Source of the DNA: Lytechinus pictus
Taxonomy: Eukaryota
DNA: 64,000 nt
Assembly: GCF_037042905.1 (NCBI RefSeq)
Contig: NC_087250.1
Coordinates: 22,012,001 to 22,076,000 of the forward strand
Direction of reading: 5' to 3'
The notes under the pieces are model-generated. The model had not been told where the DNA came from and searched no databases. It saw only the letters and a list, made by a program, of their open reading frames with translations. The first letter of the stretch is position 1. The number at the start of each line of letters is the position of its first letter. The position numbers were made by a program, and so were the translations under genes. This document shows, piece by piece, positions 13,742-24,741 of the stretch.

Positions 13742-14732
13742 CTATTATAGAAAAAATGGAAAAGAAGAAATATTATTTACGAGGATGATTACTAGTATTT
13801 TAAGCATAACCGGTAGGAAGAATATATTGCAAAAAATAATACCCCCCCCCCCCCTTCCCAAGCTAGAATATATTACAGCGTCCCAAACCGTGAAGCACAT
13901 ATCGATTTAATGTTTGATGGATTTATTTCATTTATCTATTCACGTCAGAGATGAGTATCCACTATGTAATACACAAAGGTGATAATACAATAATAGTAGT
14001 AGTATAATCAATGAAAATATTCTTTTTAATGTGTTATTCACTTAACAGAATGATAAACGAGTGCAGAAGACCGTCATCATGAGCGATAAAGCTTAATAAT
14101 GATGGCGGCCTCGTAAAAGTTGATGTTGCCATTCACAATAAGAGCATGGACCCACTAGCAGGTCCATGATAAGAGCTAGTGAACGTTTTCGAAGTGAAAC
14201 AATTCCGCCCTTTAGTCTAGTTGGATAATTTTCTTAACTAAAAATGTTTACGAAACACGTTTTTTTTCCAACAAAATCCTGACAGTGGGAGAGGGATGCC
14301 TCCCTCCTACCCCCCCCCCCCCCCCAATCTAGGTTGCTTCGATATCTCATCGCTTGCGCGATTCCAATTTCAAGATCCTGGATCTCCCACGGACGGCAAA
14401 AAATGCAATTTTTGCATGTTAAACAGCTAGGGTTAAACAATACGAAATTGATGCTATTATCAACGCAGATAATGTATGAATTTATTGGGTACTCACCGTC
14501 TTCATTGTTCCACAATGAGTGTTGTCATTGAAAGAAAAAGAATTTTTTTATCAATTAATATAATTTCATTAACGTGACGACGCATCACTAGTTTGCAAAT
14601 TTGTATTTAAAAATATCAGTGCTTTGCCACTGTTATAATAAGAAGTATGAATGAAAAACAATTTCAAGTTTGCGTCCTGATGCAACACTCGCATCACCCT
14701 TTGAGTGCATTCTTGCATCATAAATATATATA

Positions 14733-16077
14733 CAGTGCGTATAAAAAAAACGGGACAGATTTGAAAAGTCTATAAAATTTTTGTTTCAAATTATAATGTC
14801 TATATTTTGGTGTTAATAGGTGCTCTAAGGTCTTATCTTTCAAATGCTATTAAAAAAATTAGTTTCGTTCATGCTTGAGCGAACACGGAATGTTTTTGTC
14901 TGGGATTAAAAAAGGAGGCTTGCGCCAAAATGGCCTAAAATTATAAATATGATGATCGGACTTCTTGCTAATTAGCAGACTTCCTCTTAACCTTTTCATT
15001 ATCTTTGCCATAATTTTTTAATCATGCGGTCAAAATTCATTTTCAGATCTATTTATTTGCTTGAATTGTTCTGTTGTTGTTTCTTTTTAATATGCTCTCT
15101 GTTAGCTTTGAATATTCCTTCTTCAAGCTAAAACAATTTTGTTTCAACCGAAGTGGGAGAGCGTGGATTTTTTTCAAATCCTTTCATTGTGTGCTACAAA
15201 GGTTATGGTGCCTTTTGAATAGTGCCACACAGATTGGCGGGTGCTTGGGATGCCCCCCCCCCCCCTCAATTAGAAAAATTCATGACCAAGAAAAAAAGTG
15301 GACAGGAAATAAAAGGAAAGATAGAAAGTAAAATATGATATTATTTTCTGAATATTATGTCAAAATTTATCACAAAATTTGATATTGTAATAAAAAAGTG
15401 GGAATATTTGCGTGCTCACTTCGCTTGCTCACAACTTTTTAATACATTTTACCCGATCTGCCATATCTAGCTCCTTCAAAATTGACTCAATAAACCATTG
15501 TCATTGAAAAACATGAATCCCTTCCTGTGTTTCCTGTCAAGCAATTAAACTTGGTCAATGAATCAATGACCCCGTGAAAAATAGATTCATGTCTTTTAAA
15601 GGTACATAACATAATTTTGTTTCACATAATAAAAGGATTTCAATCAAGTAATAATGCAAATCTTCTTGCTTGGGTTGACAAAAAATCTTCTTTTCTGAGT
15701 TACTTTTGAAGGAAAATTAAAAGGAAAGAGAAGTTTAAATGAAAAAACAAAATAATTCAAGGAACTAAATAAATTTGTAAATAAAAATTGACAGCATAAT
15801 TCGAAAATTGTGGCACAAGGTCAAAAGGAAGTGTCCTGATTAGCAATAAGTCTGATCATCATATTACTCATATTCTGCAATTCTGGCGCAAGCCTCTTTT
15901 TGAACCCCCAACAAAAACGTCACGTGTTCGCTCAAGCATGAACAAAATTTATTTTTTTTAGTTGCATTTCAAAGATAAGACCTTAGAGCACCTATTTACA
16001 CCAGAATATAGACATCATAATTTGAAACAAAAATTTTATAGACTTTTCAAATCTGTCCCGTTTTTTTTTACGCATTG
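14733..16077. mobile_element. Non-autonomous Tc1/mariner-like element with ~260-bp TIRs
   Basis: TA|CAGTGCGT...ACGCATTG|TA; long inverted repeats (cgggacagatttgaaaagtctataaaattttt / aaaattttatagacttttcaaatctgtcccg); no transposase ORF. Confidence 0.8.
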
Positions 16078-17885
16078 TAGTGCAAAAAACGTTTTGTTTT
16101 ATTGTTGTTGTTCGAACCCATAGGAATGACTGTTTTCGACTTATAAGAGTGCGTGCAATTTTGCTTCAAAATGGTGCAAATTTGCACCTATCATAATGTA
16201 GGGCTACTTTGCACCGCAATATGGTGCAAAGTGTAGCATACTGCCGCCAATGTATAATGTTCAGGAACCTAATTCATCGAGTCCAATTTTGCTTAGATAA
16301 ATCAAAATGAATAAAAACAAAAAATGAAATAAATCACTTAATAAATAAAAAATAAAAAATGCCAATCTGTAATTATCCTATCAAGAATACTTAAACATTT
16401 TGGTTTTTTTTTATTGTATTGGCAAACATAATATAAGTGGATTGTTATCAGATTGAACCAAACCCCATCACAAAAAAATAAAGCAAAACAAAACAAATTA
16501 CAACAATGTTATGCCATTTCAACTTTTCAAAAAGATGCAACAGTTTATGCAATGATGCTAATAAGCCAAGCTGTGGAATTGCATAATTATACAGAAACTT
16601 CGGATACTTAATTTTGTAAAAGTAGACTATATCTTTTTTATGTCGCATATAATGAGATCTATGACAAAAACAATGAAAAAAAATTGATATTTCGAACAGT
16701 TCTCGAATGGATTATAATAAAAATATACTTACTTCCTTATCATAGCGACACCACCAAAACATGAGAAGAGATTGAAAAAATGAAAATTAATGTACATTGA
16801 AAAAACAACAACTATGCAATCAATTGGCTAAGACTAAACTAAAAATATTAACAAGGATTAAAAAGCAGACTTTTTTTCTGCGCATATTTTTTTTTTATAT
16901 AGTTTTACTATGGTTACATATTTTGCTTTGAAAAAGTAATATCGGGTTAAAAGTAATCTCGAAGCCACTTTCCAATACACCCTGTATGCCATGTACGTTT
17001 TGGTAAATGTGATGGTCATGATGATAAGGTAATTAAACAAAAAATTCAGTTTTATCGCAGAACTGTCATAAACTTCATAATTATAGGTGTAGACCATTTT
17101 CGCTAAATGAAACAAACTCATTTTCTTACCAACCCCTGCACCTTCTAATAAAAAATTATTTTATTGTAGTATCCCATAAGGAAGCATATGTTACAAATCA
17201 AGTAATTATTTTTCTAAATGATAGGGAAATTAAGAAAAATCCAGAGTAAAAATGTCAAAAGTTTAATCGCAGAGCTGTCAAAAGCTATATAGCTGTAGAC
17301 CATTTTCGCTAAATGAAACAAACTCATTTTCTTACCAATCCCTAGACCTTTTAATTAAAATTTATTTTATTATTTCCTATAATGAAGCATACATGATAAA
17401 GGTCAAGTAATTTCTTTGATAAATACACTTCTCTGTAACATTGAGTAAGGTCAGAAAGATGGCCATAGAAAAACAATAACTCACCCACTAAGTGATGCAG
17501 GGGAAAAGGGAAAGAGGTAAAATGGGATAAAAGAAACATTAATTGGGGCTCAAATAATAATTTTGAAAGAAGCAAAACAGATTAAAACGAATTTTGAAGA
17601 TAAAAAACGCTTATATCTAAGACTCGTCAAAACACACACAGACATCAACAAAATATGCCAGGAAAAGTAAATAGAAATGAACATCTTTTTGTGCTTCTTT
17701 TTTTTCTTTCTTTTTTTTTTTCTTTTTTTTTTCATCTTTTTTGTGTCTAATAATTTCAGCAAGTTCAGTAGGAGTTATGAATAAAATAATACAGTAAACG
17801 AAACAATTGATGAATAGACAATCAAACCAGTATGATAAATAAATAATTTGATATTTGACTAAATCAATTGAAGAATAACACTTAC

Positions 17886-17914
17886 TGATCTTGCCGTGAT
17901 CGTAACTATTAACA
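17886..17914 (-). CDS. Probable 29-nt micro-exon of the ZU5-UPA-DD gene (VNSYDHGKI)
   Basis: Strong acceptor ttttttttttcattacag| and donor |gtaagt; phase 2 in, phase 1 out, in frame with exon 13730-13741. Confidence 0.55.
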
Positions 17915-18235
17915 CTGTAATGAAAAAAAAAATCAAAATCACTGTAAAGAAAAGGGAGACACTGGCTACGATGATTAAACTTTATGAAAACTGTGTAGCA
18001 AATATCGTCTAGGGCCTACCTATATTGCATATGCATGGCACAACAAAGATAGAAGCGGTTTAAATATGTAAAGAAAGAAATGCTTTTTAATTTGACATCT
18101 AGTCACATTTGACAGAATGATTTTCACGTACTATTTCACGTAGTGAAATATGAAATTACAAGAAAGCTTTAACAATATGTTTGTGATCATGAGGACAATG
18201 GCGGTGTGTTTTCAAACAACACTATGTCCAATGCG

Positions 18236-18278
18236 CTGCTGCTGCTATTGCTGCTGCTACTTCTACTTCTACTACTCA

Positions 18279-18309
<31 letters not shown>

Positions 18310-18500
18310 ATACTAATAACAATAATAATAATAATTATAATAATAATAATGATAATAATAGTAAAAGTAGTAATAATGTTGATGATGATAATAGTAATAA
18401 TAATGATGATAATAATGATAATGATAATAGTAATAATAATTATAATAATGATAATAACAATGACTACTACTATAGTAGTACTAATAATAATAATAATAGT
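18236..18500. repeat. Compound microsatellite (CTG)n/(CTA)n/(TAA)n/(TGA)n
   Basis: Visible directly; it produces the poly-N/I/T ORFs in the ORF track. Confidence 0.95.
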
Positions 18501-18894
18501 TAGGATAATGTCCATGCACGAAGACCAAGATATTACTGCTGCATGATGCGCTACTGCTGCAGCTGCTGCTGCTGTTGCTACAACTACTGTATAATACTTT
18601 TATATTTTGCAGTGTCGTATAAATGATAAGATGTTTATCCTATACCTTTTATTTGTAATTAATTATTGGAATAAACCATTCTACCATAAAAAATGTAATG
18701 GAATAACTTACATGATGTCCTTTCATGCGCATGCCTTTTCCCTTCAGCCAAAGTTAATATTGGCCGATAATTTAATACTAGGTGGAACAAGGCGTTCACT
18801 GTAAATTAGCAGCCTTTGTCCTTTTATTTGCTATCAGTTATTATTGTTAATAATGGTTAATCTTCCATTAGCAGAATAATTCATTGCAGGTTAA

Positions 18895-19056
18895 TACCTT
18901 GGTCACATTTGCTCTACGGCGGCCGTACGGCGAGTCGAAAACAGCCGTTTTATTAATTTTAAGTCAAACCACCTATATATAGTTGGACAAAAAAATGTTA
19001 AAACGGCTGTTCTCGACTCGCCGTACGGGCGCCGTAGAACAAATGTGACCAAGGTA
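18895..19056. mobile_element. Palindromic PIF/Harbinger-like MITE, TAA TSD
   Basis: TAA|taccttggtcacatttg...caaatgtgaccaaggta|TAA with near-perfect ~60-bp arms. Confidence 0.8.
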
Positions 19057-19812
19057 TAAGCAATAGGCTCCGATCTGTTATCTCAATAAATTGCATATCG
19101 CAATCAGTTAAGTTGAACTTTGTCTTATTGAGAGTCGTACAAGTGAGGCAAATGCTTTTTCGGGGTTGGAGTGATGGTTGAGGTTTGGTAAACTCAGCAG
19201 TATATTCACTCAGTCTACAATTAGTTGATTTTCTGCAGTGGCGTAGACAGGTTCGTACACCTGGGGGGGATGACTGGGCTGCCAACGCTAGTGAGGGCGC
19301 GAAGCGCCCGTGCGAGGGAGTGAAGCGACCGAGCGGGGGGAGGGTGTGGGAGGGGGGGTGTCCCCCCTCCCACGGTAGGGAGCTTTTGCAATTTTGAACT
19401 TGAAATCGTGCAATCTGATGCATACTTAATGAGGTAAAATAACACACACAAGCGCGCACACACCCGCACACATACTCACCCCCCCCCACACACACACACA
19501 CACGGGTGCGCGCACCACACACATACTACGCCTTGAATGGACAGACATACATCGACAAGATCTACACACCGTGGCATACGAATACAGAATGGACTGACAC
19601 ATAGTATTGCATATTGAACCACACTACGTATTTATCTATCTCTGTGAATTTTGCTGTTACACCTCTTCAGAAAAAAAACCAATGTCAATTGTGTACACGC
19701 AGGTATAGTCTTTGTTGTCTTGATATGGGTATGTGGTTATGAATGAAAACAACCTCTGTGGCCATTTGTGAATAGAACACATAAACAACAAACAAATAAC
19801 AATATGTCTTCA

Positions 19813-20940
19813 TGGAAGAGGTCTACAACAAATTGAGATGGTCTGGAATATGGAAGCAACGAACCTCGCCAACTACCTATCCAATCCACCTGATATACTG
19901 ACGAGTATATCCCTCGATTATGATAAATGTCAAGCAATATACTCCATTAACAAGCAAGCATCTATCTTATTGGCACAACATCGACTGACACTACCCTACG
20001 GTGAAAAAGAGAAGGCAAGACTTAAATGCTCCTTTCACAAGAAACTTCAAGAGCAACTTAAATCCAAGCGACTTCATGGCCACCATGAGAAACAGACGCA
20101 TCGGGAGTTCGTAGACCAGAAAGACACACATCAATGGCTTAAGTCGGCGGGACTAAGAGGTGAAACTGAAGGGTTCGTCTATGCTATTCAGGACCAGGTG
20201 GTGAGGACCCGTGCCTACGAAAAATCTATCCTCAGAAGAGACACAGACGACACTTGCAGGATGTGTGGAAAAGAGACCGAAACAATCATGCATTTGGTAT
20301 CAGCATGTTCGACTCTTGCTGGAACTGAGTACATCACAAGACATGACAATATTGCCAAAGTTATCCATTGGCAACTACTGAAGGATCGCGGTAAAATGAC
20401 TTGTGATCACGCTTGGGAACATCAGCCACAAACGATCACCACGATCAATAACAGCACCATATATTGGAACTGTGGCATACTAACGGATAGAACCATCAAC
20501 TGCAACAAGCCGGACATCATCGTCAGAGACGACAACGTAGTAAATATCATTGAGGTCTCTGTTCCCCATGATATCAACATTGCTGTAAAGGAAAGAGACA
20601 AACGGCTCAAGTATCAAGACCTAAGGATTGAGATCGAGAGGATGTGGAACGTGAAAGCAGAGGTCACACCAGTCATCATTGGTCACTCAGGAATGGTGAA
20701 GAAGGGAATGGAAGCCTGCATAACCAAGATCTCTCCTCACCTTCGGATGTACGACATTCAGAAGGCAGCTATCTTGGGTACAACCAGATTGATAAGTAAG
20801 ACTCTCGGACATTAGTAGTGTAAAGTTCCTAGTTGCACTTGAAATTACTTGGTGCTTTTTGTTAGAGCAAAGTTATTCAAGAAAAAAATACGGACTTGAT
20901 CCTGTTTAGAGGAATAATAATAATAATAATAATAATAATA
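19813..20940 (+). mobile_element. 5'-truncated non-LTR retrotransposon with restriction-like endonuclease (R4/Dong clade)
   Basis: An open frame runs from GRGL (end of the RT region) through ORF 19838-20815. It contains the CCHC knuckle CRMCGKETETIMHLVSAC, RHD, and the PD-(D/E)xK-type KPDIIV...IIEVSVP...KRLKY. A ~100-nt 3' UTR is followed by (TAA)n at 20913-20940, the known Dong target and tail. Confidence 0.9.
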
Positions 20941-21776
20941 CAAATAAAAAATAATACTAATACAAATAATAATGCTAATACTAATAGGTTCCTTTTATCT
21001 CGCATTTCAAGACAGGGTAAATTCACACTGCGCTTTACATGAAACAATCTTCTTTAAACATTTCAAACTTATGTCTTCATGCATCAATCAACATACTTTA
21101 AATGAATACAAAACAAAGTGCATCTTAAATAAAACAAAAATAAATAAATAGTTAACAATGCAGAAAAGATGTAGCTGCTGCAAGCTTAAAAACAAACTAA
21201 TGTATACCAGTCAGTCCTGATATCAGTATTAGTGTAACAATAGTCATATAGTGGGAGCATGAAGTTGAACAATTCATGATTATACATAATTATATATGTT
21301 TGTTTGAATAATACTTGTTATAAAGATAGTAGTATGGTACTCTCTGTCACGAATTATTATGTATACTGTTGTATCACATTCATTTTCTATTCTGTTTTAG
21401 ATTGCGCTGATGCATTTTGCACACAATGTATAATGCCTATAACACGAGTGGGCCAGACCACACATGTATTTCAATAAAAACCGACTTGAGAAAATAACGT
21501 GTATATAAATATATAAATAAATAAATAAATGCATATAATGTATATATATATGTATAAATATCATATACCTGTAATATAATCTGATATAAACTAATAAATA
21601 AATAAATAAATATAATACATATCATATATGAGAAGGTATTGCTAGTACTCGGTTCGTGCCTGAAAAGTAGTCTCGATGAAAAGAAAAAAGTTGTTGCTTC
21701 ATTCCCATACCAAAAACAGCTTGATTAACAGTTGCTAATCAGATAATAGAGACATGCGGTAAGTTGGTAAACTTAC

Positions 21777-21787
21777 TTAAGGAGCAT
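21777..21787 (-). CDS. Candidate first coding exon (ATG CTC CTT AA) of the ZU5-UPA-DD gene
   Basis: Donor |gtaagt at 21771-21776; the phase-2 end joins 17886-17914 in frame, giving 1296 nt / 431 aa. It sits head-to-head with the ZNF gene. Alternative starts are not excluded. Confidence 0.35.
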
Positions 21788-21976
21788 TCATGGCTCAACA
21801 AACAAACATATCGGTCTCTTAGTCAGTTTTACTTTTGTAGTCTTGCAAATTTGTGTCTTAGAAACCAAATATCTTGCGCCTCTTTTCGTTCCTGCCCAGT
21901 AAATACTTGTAAGATTTTCTTTTTTTTACCGTCTGAATTGGCTTTCACCGTGTGAATGCGGCTAATAACAATAAAC

Positions 21977-22159
21977 ACAATTACAATAATGATGAGGATT
22001 ATTATTATCATCATCATAATTATTATTATTATTAATATTATAATTGTTATCATTATTATTATTACTAATAGTAATAATAATAATGATAACAATTATAATA
22101 TTAATAATAATAATAATTATGATGATGATAATAATAATCCTCATCATTATTGTAATTGT
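21977..22159. repeat. Perfect AT-rich palindrome (91-bp arms, 1-nt spacer)
   Basis: 21977-22067 is the exact reverse complement of 22069-22159 (checked base by base). Confidence 0.95.
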
Positions 22160-22619
22160 AATTTACTATTATTATCATCATTATGACTTATTAAGTAACC
22201 AAATATCATTCCAAAAAACCTGGGGGGGATGATTGTACATGCCATCCCCCCCACCTTGTGAGGTGGGGGGGGGATGCATCCCCCTCATCCCCCCCGTTGT
22301 CTACGCCCCTGATTTTCTGTCATCTTGGATTAAAACAAACAAATAAACAACATTATAATAATAAGCCTACACTGAGACAAAAATTTTCCATCAGGAAAAT
22401 ATTTAAAATAAATAAATAAACGTACCGGTACAAAAATAATAAAAACAAAACTAAAATTACTTAGAAAAAATAAAATCATTAAGATATACCGAGAAAAATA
22501 AATGAAAGTCAGGGAATGAATGTATGAAAATGCAATAAACGAATCACGCAAAACAACAGCTGCATGAAATAATCGCACAATTACTGTTGGTTTAATTTGG
22601 CTTGGCATAACATAGTTAG

Positions 22620-22723
22620 TTTCGTTTATGGAATGCCGTGTATGGATGGTCGTTTTGAGAGCCGAGCCCGAGCCCGAGAAAGCAAAAGGAGGTGACGGAA
22701 AATTGCTTGGTTTTCTGGCCCAG
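22620..22723 (+). promoter_or_regulatory. Probable promoter / non-coding first exon of C2H2 gene 1
   Basis: Local CpG enrichment (gagccgagcccgagcccgag, tgacggaa) and donor cag|gtattt after 22723, upstream of the ATG exon at 24726. Confidence 0.4.
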
Positions 22724-24741
22724 GTATTTTCAAATTTGAGAATTTAGGGTCAGTTTAGATGAATGTAAGTTCAAATTTTATAACTTGTAAAATAAAACCG
22801 GCTTAGATCCTGGATTGTATGAGTGTGATTGCCATCAACAAGCGAGTGATGATCGGCACGTAAAGCCAGTGTCCATGGGGAAGTTCCGGGAAGTATTCTG
22901 CCGCGCTGGTGGTATCAGAGCTCAAGGGAGTCAAGATAAAGTTTTCTTTTTTTCTTTCCTTTTTTATGGGGGGGGGGGGGGTATCATCACCAGCTCGTTC
23001 ATTACAATCTTTGAGACATGCAACCGTTCATCAAAGTAATGCCAAATAATATCTAGGCCCTATCAAAAATAAAATGATTGCAGAACGTTAATTTAATTAA
23101 TAGGATTTAGGGTGTCTGAAGCCACACTCACTGAAAAGTGTCAGCATAAAACAGGCTGCTTTAGGGGAAAATATGGCACATTTTTTCGGGAAGTTCAGGC
23201 TCTGGCTGCTAGAAAAATGTGATCTGAATTGATTATTAACTTGTGTTTGGCATGTATGGAAAGAGAAAATTCAGGGGCTTCTTTTGACAGTAAGGACAAG
23301 TTTATATTATAATATGATCATTTTATAAGGATTTAGTCTTAGAGATAAATTGCAAACCCTTATTTGTGTGTGTGTTGAGATTGCCATTTCCCCATGCGTT
23401 TTCTATGGGAAAATGAAATTTCTGTTTTGCACAATTTTTTTCACTTTGTCGCAATTTTTCATTGTGATCTGGTTTCCAAATCTTTATAAAAATCATACCA
23501 TCAGAAAGAGCATAAAAAATCCTATTGGACTCTTTATGGACAAGTTTTTGGCATTAATGATAAATTTATAACAGCTCTCGGAAGCTTAAAATTTGGAATT
23601 ATGTGTGTCCATTTCTTAAATACACTATGGCAGAGAAATGCTGAAAATTTACCTAATTTCATTCTTCTTTTTTGCAGCCAATAATTGGATTTTTTTCAAA
23701 AATGTTACATTTCTGTCAGTTTGAAGGTCACTTCTCTTCAAATTCACAAAGAAAATGTGATATTTTCTTGAAATACGAAAAATTATTTTTTTCTCCAGAC
23801 ACCTACCGGTTAATTTCATTATTAGCCTGGTCCTGGGGAGCGTTTCATGAAAGGACTTGTTGGACGTTTTATCCGACAAGTCCCATTTTATCCGACAGTT
23901 GCCATAGTAACAGTGCTCCTTAGCCAATCAACATCAAGGGAAGTTGTCAGATCTGACAACTTGTCGGACAAAAATGTTGATGAAACACTCCCCAGGATTC
24001 CTCGAACTAACTAACTTCGTTAAATGTTAATGTTATTAATATTATGATGACTTTGACTGTGACTTTTGTTTGTCTGCTCTTTGCCCTAGTCACTTTAAGT
24101 TAGATCTTTCCAAACCATACTTTACTAAATCTGGAAAAGCCCTTTGTAAGTTAAGAACTACTTAGTAATATTAGTATAGTGAGTGATTGTATTACCGACC
24201 GGCCTTGTATTACAGAACGCATGCATCATACGCATCAGAAAATAAATTCATACGCTCAAAATTTTGCAACATCCTCCCAAAGAGAACTTGAATAGAAATT
24301 GATGAAAAATGGTCAAAAACACATTTTCAAAGTCTTAATATTCTAACAATAATAAAATATGGTCAAAATAGCTCATAAGTGTTTTTGTTGTTTTCTCAAC
24401 TTTTCCCATAGAAAACACACGTTCGGTAATACAATACCTTTTTCAAGTGACCAAAATATTTCATTTGCGAAGAGGGGTCCGATTAGAAGCTAATGTCGTA
24501 AAAAGGAAAAACGATTTTGGCAAAATTTTCCCATATTTATATTTTGTAGGTAATTGTGTATTTATGTTAAAAGTTTGGTGAATTTTATGAGAATAATGTG
24601 TTTGATATGATTGAATTCATGAAAAGTGTTTGGTAATACGATCCACTACCATACTTTATGAAATGACTACTGGTCTAAATAATTATTAATTTGTAGCCAT
24701 TTATGTTTTGTTTGTGATTCATTAGAATTTTGTAAAGACGA

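Noticed and set aside
18150..18546. Poly-Asn/Ile/Thr ORFs here and at 21829-22232
   Set aside because: These are translations of microsatellites and of the palindrome, with no splice or domain support.
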